The position numbers were made by a program, and so were the translations under genes. The notes below the pieces were generated by a model. The model was not told the origin of the DNA, did no database searches, and was given only the letters and a program-made list of their open reading frames with translations. DNA of 64,000 bases from Octopus sinensis (Eukaryota). Position 1 is the stretch's first letter. Every line of letters begins with the position of its first letter. Below are positions 1 through 13,298 of the stretch, in pieces. The stretch spans positions 85,436,001-85,500,000 of the forward strand of contig NC_043003.1 in NCBI RefSeq assembly GCF_006345805.1, written 5' to 3'.

Positions 1-126
1 TTTTTACCTATGTGTGAAATAGTTTATTGAGTTTTCTTTCGTTGATTGTTTCTGTTTTATGTTTAGCACAGCCATAAATGCTGTTATGATCAAAGTATTG
101 AGTCTCTCTTTATTTCTCTTGGCTAG

Positions 127-291
127 ATTTTATTGCTGGACGAAGCTACCGCCTCCATAGATACAGGAACCGATGCTATAATACAAGCAACAATTGCTAG
201 AGTCTTTTCTGACTATACTGTATTGACAATTGCACATCGTCTGAACACAGTATTAAACTGCGATAAAATATTGGTTATGGACCAAGGACAG
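127..291 (+). CDS. ABCC/MRP-family ABC transporter (ABCC5/11/12-like), penultimate coding exon, NBD2 Walker B to H-loop
   Basis: Acceptor ctctttatttctcttggctag|127 and donor cag|GTATGC at 292; 165 nt, phase 0/0. Translates [55 protein letters not shown] (Walker B, IAHRL H-loop of ABCC NBD2). Confidence 0.93.
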
Positions 292-1244
292 GTATGCATT
301 GGTTTTCTTTTTTTTTTTTTGTTTAAGATTATCCTGTTCTGATTCTCTGGTGTAGCTATTAGCTTCAATTTATTTGAACATCAAAACTCAGCGTTCATTC
401 TCCATTAAAGTTTCATAGAGCTTATTCCTCATTAGCAAACGATGCTGATTACAACTAATCATGCCAAAAATATAAGGGAGAATTCTGAAGAATAAAATCA
501 CACATGAAGAAAGTAACCAGAAATAGGTTATTTGCAATAAGAAAAATCATCACTTAATACAGGGGATTAAATAGTAATTACAGACAAAAGTTGTACTCAA
601 TACGTGTTCTGTGTAGGATACTGATAATTTAGGAATAAAACAGTGTGGAGAATAATACAGTGGCGAGGAAAAATAGAAAGAAAAGCAGGGGGTTGCCATT
701 CTTTTTATGTTTTAGTTTTAAGGAAGTTCAATTGGGATCACAAAGAAATTAGAATAAAGGATTTTAAATAGAAACCTATATACCAAAATCCAAAAAGAGT
801 TCTGTGTTTAAGCAGTAAAGATAATGAAGCTAATAATTGCAGTTAACAACGACCTAAAAAGCTAAATCATACTTCAAAACTGCTTCGTGTCAGATAATAT
901 ACCATTGTGCAGTACATTGATTTAATTTCTTCTTCCTTACCTTTGGATTAACGAATACCTAGCAAATTAAATTTCACATACAAATATAGTCAGTTAATAT
1001 ACATTTTACAGAGCCACCTGTGAATACATAAAAGTCAGGGGGTTTTTACCACAATACAATACCAGCACTAAATCAACATAACTGGGAATATAGAAACAAC
1101 CTCCATAATATAAAATTAGAGGCAACACAAATACCTTCCTACTCCTAAAGTAGACAGTAGTGCAACTTACTGCATAAACACAAAAGTGCACCTACTTGTA
1201 AGGTAAATAACTTGCATGACAGTACAGCAATAAATTAAAATACA

Positions 1245-1575
1245 GGAGCGGCTGTGTGGTAAGTAGCTTGCTTACCAACCACATGGTTCCTGGTTCAGTC
1301 CCACTGTGTGGCACCTTGGGCAAGTGTCTTCTACTATAGCCTCGGCCAACCAAAGCCTTGTGAGTGGATTTGGTAGACGGAAACTGAAAGAAGCCCGTCG
1401 TATATATGTATTTATATGTATGTGTGTGTATATGTTTGTGTATCTGTGTTTGTCCCCCCAACGTCGCTTGACAACCAATGCTGGTGTGTTTACGTCCCCG
1501 TAACTTAGCGGTTCGGCAAAACAGACTGATAGAATAAGTACTAGGCTTACAAAGAATAAGTCCTGGGGTCGATTT
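1245..1575 (+). mobile_element. tRNA-derived SINE, family A (CORE-like central motif)
   Basis: A-box-like ggctgtgtggtaag and B-box-like ggttcagtccc, then ggcaccttgggcaagtgtcttctactatagc and an internal (TA/TG)n; closely similar to other copies in the window. 3' end disrupted. Confidence 0.85.
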
Positions 1576-1587
1576 GTGGTAGATGGA

Positions 1588-1815
1588 ACTTCTAGTTTTT
1601 TCCCCTGGTATGTGAGGGAATCTGTTTTCTGTATATCTTCAGTCTTTATTGCCCCTATGTACCTGCCACACACAAAAACTATCTTCCCGATTAACCTTCC
1701 TTTGATATTGCTGTACCTTTTATGTGTCCATAGCTTACACCAGGTACATCTTATGGAGTTTCTACCCACGCTTTTTCTACAGATCGAGCAGAGCCATCTA
1801 TCCTTGTTGTCTTTT
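1588..1815 (-). mobile_element. RTE-clade LINE ORF fragment (PHD-like Cys/His cluster)
   Basis: GRNSIRCTWCKLWTHKRYSNIKGRLIGKIVFVCGR...KKLEV; matches the + strand copy at 18770-19496. Confidence 0.85.
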
Positions 1816-2319
1816 CATTAATACAGGAGTGGAGAGTAAAAACTTACACTAATATCATTGTGACAGGTGGCCTGGTATTTGTTTGAGAACTACAGAGTGA
1901 AGATACTCATGGGTCAGGGATCATTTCTGAACTGAGCCACAGATTATGCCTACCACCTACCAACATTTGAACTAACTGACCCTTGTAATTTAGCTGAATA
2001 CATATTACAAGTTTCACATTGGTTGCTCAACTTGCTAGAAATAGCAGCTAAAATCTCCCTCAACAACAACTTACTATCTCAGATAAAGAAGGATACATTG
2101 AATAATGTAATCCTTGATATTTCCCTCCGTTTTTCTTGGTCATGATTGACCTAGAGCTACACAACTAGTAATATTTGCTATTAGATCAAACCCAAACGGA
2201 TGAATGGCAAAACTGAACTTTGTGGGATTTGAACTCAGAACATGAAGAAATGAAACCAAATACTGTTAAACAGCTTGCTTACTACTTTACTGATTCACCC
2301 ACTCTATCACCCAAATAAC

Positions 2320-2660
<341 letters not shown>

Positions 2661-2861
2661 AATAGCAATTGTTTATAAAGTCATAAGACAAGGAATCTGA
2701 GGGAAGGAACAGTAAATTATATCAACCTCAGTACTTGACAGGTATGCTGTTTAATAACATCAAGAAAAATAGATTTCCAACACAGGCCAAAGGACAGAGA
2801 TTTCGGTTAGAGTGAGTGCAGGCAAGTACATCATTGCACATATATGACTGATATATGTAGG

Positions 2862-3020
2862 TGTAGACATGGTTAAGTGATGAGAAGTTTACTTCCCAAC
2901 CATATGCCTCTAGGTTCAGTCCCATTGTGTGGCACCTTGGGCAGTTGTCTTCTACTAAAGCCTTGAGCTGAAAAGGCATGGGATAGATTTGGCGGACAGA
3001 AACTGAAAGAAGCCCTTCAT
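2862..3020 (+). mobile_element. SINE family A, 5' partial copy
   Basis: ggttcagtcccattgtgtggcaccttgggcag...aaactgaaagaagccc. Confidence 0.75.
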
Positions 3021-3027
3021 ATACTTT

Positions 3028-3790
3028 TAGCTTCTGTTACCTAGGTGACCAAGTCAGTAGTGGGAGTGGACGCTCTGAGAGTGTAGCTGCTAGAATAGGA
3101 ATAGCCTGGGCAAAGTTCAGAGAGCTCCTACCTCTGATGGTGACAAAGAGCCTCTCGCTCAGAGTAAAAGGTAGACTGTATGATGCATGTGTACGAGCAG
3201 CCATGCTACATGGCAGTGAAACATGGGCCATGACTGCTGAGGATATGCATAAGCTTGCAAGGAATGAAGCTAGTATGCTCTGCTGGGTGTGTAATGTCAG
3301 TGTGCATACACAACAGAGTGTAAGCACTCTGAGAGAAAAGTTGAACTTAACCAGCCCATTTAAGAGTTCTCTTCAATCATTGGGCAATAAACTGCACTTG
3401 TAAAGACTAGTTCAGGCAAATGAAGTTGTTGTTGTGGCCGATGACAGTACCGTCTGATTGGCACCCATGCCAGTGGCATGTAAAAAGCACCATTCAAGCG
3501 TGGTTGATGCCAACACTGGCTGACTGGTCCCATGCCTGTGACACATAAAAAGCACCATTCAAGTGTGGTTGATGCCAGTACCGCCTGACTGGCCCTTGTG
3601 CCAGTGGCATGTAAAAAACACCCACCACACTCTAGGAGCTGTTGGCATTAGGAAGGGCATCTATCTATAGAAACTTTGCCAGATCAGCTTGGAGCTTTGT
3701 GCAGCCTTCTGGCTTGCCAGCCTTCAGTCAAACTGTCCAACCCATCCCAGCATGGAAAGCAGACGTTAAACGACGACGATGATGATGATT
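3028..3790 (+). mobile_element. RTE LINE 3' fragment (ORF end, internally deleted, 3' UTR with (GAT)n tail)
   Basis: KSLSLRVKGRLYDACVRAAMLHGSETW; 3' UTR motif aaaagcacc...catccagc...aacccatcccagcatggaaagcagacgttaaacga(tga)n. Confidence 0.88.
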
Positions 3791-3799
3791 ATGATGATA

Positions 3800-3854
<55 letters not shown>

Positions 3855-4075
3855 AATTGTTGACATCATAAGAATTTTATAAACTTTTGGGAAATCATGA
3901 AATAATTTTTTTGGTGGTGAACATTAACTTTCAAGACACATCACATAAAGTTATAAATAATAGCATGTAAATATTGGGTTGAATAGATGCCTATGGGACA
4001 GCTGTTGGCTTTTCTATCCAAAAGAGTTTTTTAACACAATACTTACACTGCGCCTAAATAATATTGTTATTATTT

Positions 4076-4462
4076 AGGCACAAGAGTGGCTGATTGATAA
4101 GTAGCTTGCTTACGAACTACATGGTTCCGGGTTCAGTCCCACTGCGTAGCACCTTGGGCAAGTGTCTTCTACTATAGCCTCGGGCCAACCAAAGCCTTGT
4201 GAGTAGATTTGGTAGACGGAAACTGAAAAGAAGCCCATCGTATATATGTGTGTGTGTTTGTGTGTCTGTGTTTGTCCCCCCAACAGCGCTTGACAACCGA
4301 TGGTGGTGTGTTTATGTCCCTGTAACTTAGCAGTTCAGCAAAAGAGACCAATAAAATAAGTACTAGGCTTACAAAGAATAAGTCCTAGGGTCGATTTACT
4401 TGACTAAAGGTGGTGCTCCAGCATGGCCACAGTCAAATGATTGAAACACGTAAAAGAGTAAA
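4076..4462 (+). mobile_element. SINE family A, full length
   Basis: Head, core, microsatellite and 3' tail ggtggtgctccagcatggccacagtcaaatgattgaaac-aaaagagtaaa. Confidence 0.88.
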
Positions 4463-5124
4463 GTTTTATGTAACATGCCTTCAAGAGCCAATGTTCCAAA
4501 TAAGTTATGTTTCTATGTATGTATGCATGTGTGTGTGTGTGTGTGTCTGTGTGTCTTGACACTGCATAATGGTTGTAAATAAGTGTCACAGTGACACAAA
4601 CCATGTCATTCATCATCATCATCATCAATGTCTGTTTTCCATGTGGGCATGGGTTGGATGGTTTGACAGAAGCTGACCAACTGAAAGACTGTTTAGGTTC
4701 CAAGTCTGTTTTGGCATGGTTTCTACAGCTGGATGCTCTTCCTAACACCAACCACTTTATAGAGTGTACTAGGTGCTTTTACACAGCACCAACACAGGCA
4801 CTTTTTACATGGCACCAGCACTTGTATTTTGTGAGAACATATCTAACCATGGAGAAATATTATCATACTTGGAAAATAGTGCAGTTTGACAACAGGAAGA
4901 GCATCAAGCCACAGAATAATCTGCCTTGTGCTTCATCCAACTCATGCCAGCATGGAAATGTGGACAGACGATGATGGCAATATTGATGCGAGAGACAAGA
5001 ACCACAAAGTTGATACCATGCACTTATAATAATGAAAATTTTAACCAGTTTATGATAGTGATTTTGTGTGGATTGGAAACTGGTTTCTTATCTTAATCAT
5101 GTTACTTTTTCTTCTCTTCTGTAG

Positions 5125-5217
5125 ATCATTGAATTTGATTCACCAGAGGTCCTCCTTAGTAAGCCGTCATCAATGTTTAGTCAAATGATGTCAACAAGTG
5201 GTGGGGGAGCACTGTAA
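5125..5217 (+). CDS. ABCC/MRP transporter, last coding exon
   Basis: Polypyrimidine acceptor ttttcttctcttctgtag|5125; continues in frame as IIEFDSPEVLLSKPSSMFSQMMSTSGGGAL* (typical ABCC C-terminal EFD.P..LL....S.F motif); TAA at 5215-5217. Confidence 0.9.
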   Translation: MIEFDSPEVLLSKPSSMFSQMMSTSGGGAL

Positions 5218-5305
5218 TTATCACAGAAAACAAACTAATACATAGGTGAGTCAGTGGCAAGTTGACATATGAATGTGTGTGTGTATGTAGATACAAACCT
5301 ATTTA

Positions 5306-5930
5306 CAGGGTGCTTGGGCTAAATTTGACAGTTTACATAAGAGAAAAAGAAAATACAATATCCCATCCAAAAATAAAATAAATTTAAAAAATCAAAAAAT
5401 ATCAACTAGATTTATGGCTAGGTGATAACAATTTAAAGTAGCCTCCCTCAGCTTCCACCAGAGCCTCAAGACAACTCCAGAACCTGATGCATGCATTCTT
5501 AACAGTGTTCCAAGAAAGATCTCTGAACACATCCTTGATCTTGGCCATCAGCTCAGCCTCAGTGTTGTAGGCAGAGCAGTTGGTGTCTTTCTGAACCATG
5601 CCCCACATATAAGTAATCCATGGGATTAGAACAGGAGGAATTAGGAGGCCAGAAATTGGGACTGGTAAGACCATAGAAATTTTCAGACAATCACTTATGA
5701 AACTTCCCAGAGGTATGGCAAGAAGCTGAATCCTGCTGCTATACATATGGCCTCCTGGCAGCAACCCTCTCCAGGTAGAGTTTGACCACAGTTTCCAGCA
5801 GCTTCACAAAGCCATCTGAATTGAGCCGAAGGCACTGTTCAAAGATGTGGGGCAACATAACATCACACTCATTGAAGATATATACTCAACGACCATCACA
5901 GATTGTGAGAACTTGGTTTTCATGATTTTC
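5306..5930 (-). mobile_element. Decayed Tc1/mariner-superfamily transposon fragment
   Basis: TA|CAGGGTGC terminus at 5306; C-terminal transposase remnant TVKNACIRFWSCLEALVEAEGGYFK, homologous to the element at 55194. The far end was not identified. Confidence 0.7.
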
Positions 5931-6380
5931 ATGTCATGTTTCACAGCTTTCACTGTGCTCACAGAGCATGCACAGCAGTCATGTCAGCATTTTGATACAC
6001 AGCACAAATCATCATGATACAATATTCAAATGGCTTCCAGTGCTCCATGTCAGCTAACATTTTCTCAACTACAACTTTCATCTTTATGCTCTCCAACACA
6101 GTTGACTATTCACCAATATAGGAGGCTGTTCTTGAAAGAAGGCATGAAAGTCATCAAACCTAGCTTGAACACGTTATACGCATGCACACACACACATACA
6201 CACTATATATATGTGTGGGGGGTATATGTATGTGTGTATATGTGTATATATACACACACAATATATATATATACACTTGGAAATAGATGTGCAGCATTCA
6301 ATCATATAATAATAATACAAAAAATATATAAATAAATGCATATATACATACATATATGTACATACCTACATATATATTTA

Positions 6381-6837
6381 TATATACATGCATATAAGGG
6401 TACAGGACATCAAAAAAACATGAACAAAATGAGAAACGAGAACACAAAAAACAAAAACATAGAAAACGAACATTTTTCGAACAACAAAAGAAATAAATAG
6501 AGAAACGAGACAGGCAACATAAAGAACATTCCCTTCATCAGTTGTCCTGTTTTTTATCTACTCCGTGTTTTGAAGATAGGGACAAGACGTGACTTCGTTA
6601 AAGCAATCCTGTTTTAACAAAGTACCATCTTGTCCCTACCTTCGAAACACAGAGTTGATAAAACAGCAGACAACTGATGAAGGGAATGTTCTTTATGTTA
6701 CCTGTCTTGTTTCACTATTTATTTCTTTTGTTGTTCGAAAAATGTTCGTTTTCTATGTTTTTGTTTTTTACGTTCGCGTTTCTCATTTTGTTCACCTTTT
6801 TTTGATGTCCTGTACCCGTATATGCATGTATATATAC
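6381..6837. repeat. Fold-back (long palindromic) element between TA-rich tracts
   Basis: Left arm 6381-~6600 is the imperfect reverse complement of ~6612-6837 (e.g. gggtacaggacatcaaaaaa / ttttttgatgtcctgtaccc). Confidence 0.9.
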
Positions 6838-6877
6838 ATATATACATATATATGCATGTATATATACATATATATGC

Positions 6878-6924
<47 letters not shown>

Positions 6925-6977
6925 TATGTATATATATATATATATATATTGATAAAAATGGTAAGACAACACACACA

Positions 6978-7870
6978 CAGGGTGGCCCAGAAGTCACAAA
7001 GGTGTTTCAATATTTACTATCTCATTTATTTTGTTTAAAAAATTGTGATCTTGTAGTAAGTAATAGAAAAAGGATATGAGATTTATTTTCCCTAGATGTG
7101 AAAGATGGCATCTTTTAAATGGCGTCCAATTTCCAATTCACATAAACCTGCTCTTCCTAAGGTGTTTTCCATAACAAACCTTAATAACCTCTAGCTCCAG
7201 TGATCTAATAATGTTATTTTTCAGATCTGAAATTGTTTGAGGCTTCTTGACAAACTTTTTCGTTAAGATATCCCATAGAAAAATGTCTGGAGTGGTCAGA
7301 TCGGGAGAACAAGACGGCCAATTTATTTCTGAAAATCAAGAAATTAATTTTCTATCAGAAATTTGCCTGAGCATTTCCATTGTGTTCCTTGCTGTGTGAG
7401 CTGAGGCTCCATCTTGTTAAAACCACACACCAGGCATATCTTGAACCTCTGGACGTAAGAAATTCTGGATCATGGAGCAGTATTCATCTCCAGTGACAGT
7501 AACAATGTCTCCAAACTTCATTTTCGAAGAAATAATGTCCTATCACTTTTTCTAAAGTCATCCCACACCTATTCTTGGAAGGTCACTTACTGAACCTTGA
7601 TCCTCAAAAATGACCAATTAATCACCTAACTATTGATTCACTTGGACAATTCATTACTCCATAATGACGACAGCATGCTCACTGAGTCTGAGTTATTGAT
7701 CCTTGGTTTTGGTAATAAAATTGCACAATATGTGTTTGCTGTTCAGTAGTGTACTTTTCCATGCTTAAATTTTAAGCCCCTCTTTATATAAATCTGAAAT
7801 AAAATAAAAATTAAATAATTATTTAAAAAGTTATTAAATATTGAAACCCCTTTGTGACTTCTGAGCCACC

Positions 7871-7873
<3 letters not shown>
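6978..7873 (-). mobile_element. Internally deleted Tc1/mariner element
   Basis: TIRs cagggtggcccagaagtcaca / tgtgacttctgagccaccctg|TA; - strand remnant WPSCSPDLTTPDIFLWD. Confidence 0.85.
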
Positions 7874-7909
<36 letters not shown>

Positions 7910-7910
<1 letters not shown>

Positions 7911-8066
7911 TTTATTTAAAGCAGCAGAAAATTCAACAAAACCTGTTACTCTGAGTTTCCCATTTCCGTTCGTTGGACAGTTTTTGCTATGACAGTTTTT
8001 CGACAAACGGAAATGGGAAACTCAGAGTAACAGGTTTTGTTGAATTTTCTGCTGCTTTAAATAAAG
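7910..8066. repeat. Perfect ~60-bp inverted repeat hairpin
   Basis: ctttatttaaagcagcagaaaattcaacaaaacctgttactctgagtttcccatttccgtt (7910-7970) and its exact reverse complement (8006-8066). Confidence 0.95.
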
Positions 8067-8149
8067 CATATTACTCTACCACTGGTATTTGAGTACTCTT
8101 TTTTTCACCTTGTTTCACATATATATATATATTTTCTTCTTTCACCTCA

Positions 8150-8407
8150 GAGCTGCGGCCATATATATATATGTATATATATACACACACACACACATAT
8201 ATATATATATACATATACGTATTCAAACATATTTCCATGCATATTCATATATGCATACATATATACTTATATAGATGCATAGATTTATATACAGATATAG
8301 TTTTACATATAATTTATATATAGATATTGCACATAAATTACATATATACACACACATACATACACATATATACATATATATACACACACACATATATACA
8401 TATATAT

Positions 8408-8451
<44 letters not shown>

Positions 8452-8832
8452 TATATACACACCTACACATATATATACACATATACACATACACACATAT
8501 ATATACACATACAAATACACACACACACACATTTATGTATATAGACATTATTCATCACAGACACACATACATATATGTACTGTGTGCATATTGTCTTAAC
8601 AATGTGACCAGGTGTTACAACGTTCATGCCATCTGGCCATGATGTAAGAGTTAGAAAACAATAAGCACAAAGTACCTTTATTCAGACTTATTTCATATTA
8701 TGTATTACTACAATCCCCTTATGTACATACACACATGCGTGTATATATATATATATATATATATATAATGTATATATATATAATGTATATATATATATAA
8801 TGTATATATATATATATGTATATATATATATA

Positions 8833-8864
<32 letters not shown>

Positions 8865-8969
8865 GTGTGTGTGTATGTATATATATATATATATTATATA
8901 TATATAATATATATATACATATATATATATATATATGCATATATATATATATATATGTATATATACATG

Positions 8970-9000
<31 letters not shown>

Positions 9001-9090
9001 GCATATATGTGTGTGTGTGTGTGTATACATATATATATCACATAGACACATATACAGAGAATTGCATGTACACATAAACACACACATTCA
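8150..9090. repeat. Long (TA)n/(CA)n/(TG)n compound microsatellite field
   Basis: Directly visible; source of the many IYIY ORFs. Confidence 0.95.
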
Positions 9091-11934
9091 GATCTCAAGC
9101 TTTTGCTGCCAATAATGTGATCCCATTGCCACTCTAAAGAATTATCAGTTTAATAAATTAATGAAAATTTCATTCTTATTTTGCCATTTTTTATTTTTTG
9201 TTCTTTTTATTATTGTTGTTGTTGTTATCATTTTGCCCCATACCAGCCAAGGCCTGCAGACCATTAAGCCTCTATAATTTTCCTTTCACAGACATCTGTT
9301 TGTATATCAAAGACACTCAATGTGTCCTTCCTGAACTGGTTTTTGATGGAGATTTTGGCTGCTAATTTTTATTTGGTTCATCTGGGATTGTTTAAATCAA
9401 CAAAGTGACAAAACAATAAATGCAGTATTCACCGTTCATATCTCACTCTCATCTTAGTCACATTTGTACCGTGAATAAAATAGTTGTAATCAATTTTACT
9501 GTTGTTTAGTAACATAGTTCACATGCAGGATATTATTATAATTATTATATAAGTAATTGTATATAATGTGTACCACCAATTATGGATAATGAAATCTCAG
9601 AAAAAAATAAAGCTTATGTATAGTATGTAATATCAAATGACTTCCATTGGCAGGTGAAGGAGGTTTTACCCATGCACTTGATATTCAGTCAGGTAGTTCT
9701 ATATCATGGCCTTTCTAAGCAGGGCCAACCAGAGTTACATATCATATTTGAAATATTAACTGTAACATGAAAATTAATTTTGGAAACGTTAACTAGATGT
9801 GTCATTGGTTCCTAAATTTGTTTTACTTGCACTACAGTTTACTTTGGAGCAAATAAAAATGTTCTGTGGCATTTTCTGCAAAAAGTCAAACAAACCATAA
9901 GAAGAAGAAGGGGTATTTATATATTTTAGCCTATAAATATAATTTAAATTACAAAGAATGATTACTTACTTTCAAATAAAGGAAACAAATCATTGTCATT
10001 TTGATGTCCCCTTTTCCATGTAGCGTGAGTCAAAACAAAATTCGTCAAAGATTTTCTATAACTAGATGCTTTCCCTATCACTAACCCTCACCTGTTTCCA
10101 AAATGATAATACATGGTTTCAAGGAAGATTGCAAAAAGAAACCACTTGTATGATGCTGATATTTGTTTTCAATTAGTACTTGATATCAAGATATTTGATA
10201 TCAAGTTGTCTGAGAATCCACGAGTCAGAAAAATAACAGGTACTTGCGTATTTGTCACTAGAGTGGGTATGTTAATTGTTTATAAAACATTGTAATCCCA
10301 TTTCAAACGATTTTACCAATGGGTTCCGTACTCGATAGTTTGAGACAACAAGTTATGGCATTCATCAGAAGGGCTGGCAGAAAAGGTATGGTGTGGGACC
10401 TTTGTCACTGAAGTTTAGAAAGGGCCACATTCGGTTTGCGGATGGCATAAAAAAAAAGCGAAAGTAAAAAAAAAAGAGGGAACGAGTATTTGTTAGAGTT
10501 ATGTCCCTTGGATTGGAATTAATCTAAAATGTCAGCATGGTGCATGAAGTAATTCCTGCAGAAGTAGAAATAGAACAAAATGCAGGTTGATGTGTAGGGT
10601 AGGGGGAAAGAAGCTGGAAGGTAGGAAGGAGAGTTAGTTTTAAAATCACGGGTAAGCATTTACATATAAGTGTGTGTTTGTATGTAATAAAGTTGGGTGT
10701 GGCTAACTTTGTCAAACCCTCAGTTGTGGTGAAGAGGAAAAACAAATGGTAAAAGCTCCAACACATTCATGGTGCAGTCCACTAGTGAAGACTAAAAACT
10801 TACATAGAGTAGATAATGATTCGTACATGCAACTATTAATCGACACAAATATACAGGAAGGCAGCCCCTCAACCTTATAATAACTTTAACCATGAGGTCA
10901 AAGAGATGGCTTTTAGACTAAGCACTGAGGATGGGGTGAAGACTTGGCACAAAAAAAGTTCCACAAAATTAGAGATCTACTTGGTAAGCAAGTACTTATC
11001 AATAATGGACTTCTTTCATTTCCTGAATATTAAATTTACTCACAAAGCTTTGATCAGTCAGCCTGCAATCTTCCATGAAACCATGTCTGTGGCTGTATTA
11101 GAAGACATGGTTGCAAAGCAAACTTCTTTATCATACAGTCATATCTGGACATGAGAAAAGTGAACGTATTTTTTTATGATTCATTTGTAAGAAATAAGCA
11201 TCTTCGTTTATGGTTAGTTGTATAAGAGATAAACATCATTTTTGATGTATAAATTCATTTTCATAGTGCACCTAGCCACATTGCGTAGCATACAAATATA
11301 CTGTGATGCAGTGTCTGGATGTCATTGGATTAAGTTGCTGAATTTAGATAGTGCAATTTCAGCAAATATGATGAAAACTTGGTCGTTCAAATATACAAAC
11401 ACAGACTAAACAGTAAGGCAAGATGTAACGTACTCTGGATGACTCTTATGTTACACACTATGCAGAGAACCATGCTGAAAGGAAATGTAATATCATTCCA
11501 GATCAAGCTGCGGTATGCCAGTCAGAATATGTAGACTTATAATACTAAATTACATAAACACACATTTGCTCGGTTACTTCAAAACTACAAGTCTCTCTCC
11601 ACAGTCAATAAGGGAATCCCTATATAACCATTCAGCCTTTTAGAAGAAGCAGCAAAATCACCCTTAAATCATAAGTGAACTGTTAGAAAGAGGAAGATAT
11701 AACAAACAGTGCTAAAGACACAGTCACCACATATATGCAGTATGCAGCCACTGTATCATCATCATCGTCATTATTTAATGTCTACTCTCCATGCTGGCAT
11801 AGGTTAGGTGATTGATTGGAGCTGATGAGCCAGAGAGTTACACCAGGTTCCTGTCCGATTTAGCTAGGCTTCTATGATTGGATGCCCTTCCTTACACTAA
11901 CCACTACTCCAGGAGTGTAATGGGTGCCTTTATG

Positions 11935-12150
11935 TGCCACTCACATGGATGCCATTTACATAACAACAACAATGCCCATGACTATAATTCATGGGTGTCA
12001 TTTACATGACCTCAGCAACAACCAAGAAAATGATTAAGAGGTGCCATTCACATGGCACCATCAACGACCATGACTACAGTTCACGAGTGCCATTTAAATG
12101 GCACAATTAACGACCATGACTACAAATCATGGGTGCCGTTTACATAGCAC
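11935..12150. repeat. Degenerate ~45-bp tandem repeat (gtgccatttacatggcacc...aacgaccatgactac)
   Basis: About 5 diverged units; resembles the repeats in the RTE 3' UTR. Confidence 0.6.
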
Positions 12151-12153
12151 CAT

Positions 12154-12187
<34 letters not shown>

Positions 12188-12278
12188 ATATATATAATAG
12201 AGATATGTTACAAAAAGAAAATAGAAACTACACGCGGTAATGTAAGGGGAAAGTAAGAAAAATCAACGAAAATGCATA

Positions 12279-12755
12279 TCTATATATATAAAACTCTAGT
12301 TGTGTGAGTGTCTCTCCCCTTCGATTTAGATTCCTAACTCCTCCCACATTTTGCGGTGCAGTTTAACCAAATTCGGGTATCTTATAGTCGTGATTCATAT
12401 CGAGCCCGTCTGACTATTAGCGCGCGTCAACAATGAGTCTACGATTTTAAAAATAATTTAACATCATTTTTTATTCCATTTTAATGCATAAAATGCATCG
12501 TGTGTCGATGGCGGCAGAGTTGGCGTCCACGCTCACAGCTGCACCTGTTTGCTTCTCCCTCTTCCCTCCCTCGTGAAGCTGTGGGGAAGGGAGTGTAAAG
12601 AAATCAACGTCGTAATGCGTTGTTAAGGAAACCAGCGTTCTTTTAGAACAACGACTTCATGGCTTGAAGACACTGAGTCAACGATTTAAAAAAAAAATTA
12701 TCATCATTTTTTATTCCATTTTTAATGCATTTTTTTGCTATAACTCTCTAAAGTA
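12279..12755 (+). mobile_element. Non-autonomous Helitron, 3'-truncated
   Basis: A|TCTATATATATAAAAC 5' end; body shared with 27196-27593 and 37571-38087. Confidence 0.8.
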
Positions 12756-12789
12756 GTTCTGGATTTGGTGCAATTAGGTTAGATATAGA

Positions 12790-13243
12790 ATTGCAATGTG
12801 AATGGTGTAAGGGATGTATGGAGGTTAGTGGTATTAATTGAAAGGTTAGAAATGTTCTGTATTATGTTATGTGTTCATATTTAGTTGAGGAAGATATTTA
12901 TTGATGAAAGTTGCCTCTTTATTCATTCTTTGTTGCATTGAGGTGTTCTGTGAACATTGATAGAAGGGAAAAATTTGGAAATCAGGATTAAGATTCCTAG
13001 CACACCTTTCTATGTGTTCACTAACTTGTAACTGTCTGTATTGTGGGTGGCGGATTTGTTCTTTGTGGATAGTGGTTCTTCGATGGAGTGATATTCCTGT
13101 TTACCCAATAAAGTAATTACCACATCCTAAGCATGTCATGGCATAGATTAGATTTTCCGAGGCACAGGTGAAATTTGATTTGATCTTAAATATTTCACCT
13201 TGTTTAAAGTGAAATTCTGAACTCTCCAAAAGGTGGGGGTATG
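12790..13243 (-). mobile_element. Penelope-like retroelement 3' fragment (GIY-YIG endonuclease)
   Basis: FKIKSNFTCASENLIYAMTCLGCGNYFIG (C..N.IY...C..C...YIG pattern); downstream remnant NKEATFINKYLPQLN*; abuts (TA)n. Confidence 0.75.
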
Positions 13244-13246
13244 TTG

Positions 13247-13296
<50 letters not shown>

Positions 13297-13298
13297 TA

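Noticed and set aside
6640-6690. Type II hammerhead (GAAAC ... CTGATGA) in the fold-back arm
   Set aside because: No stem I can form between the putative cleavage site and CUGAUGA, and stem II pairing is poor.
6589-9115. Many IYIY/CVCV/HTHT ORFs (also near 43140, 44730, 51198, 54763)
   Set aside because: Artefacts of TA/CA/TATG repeats, which lack stop codons in some frames.
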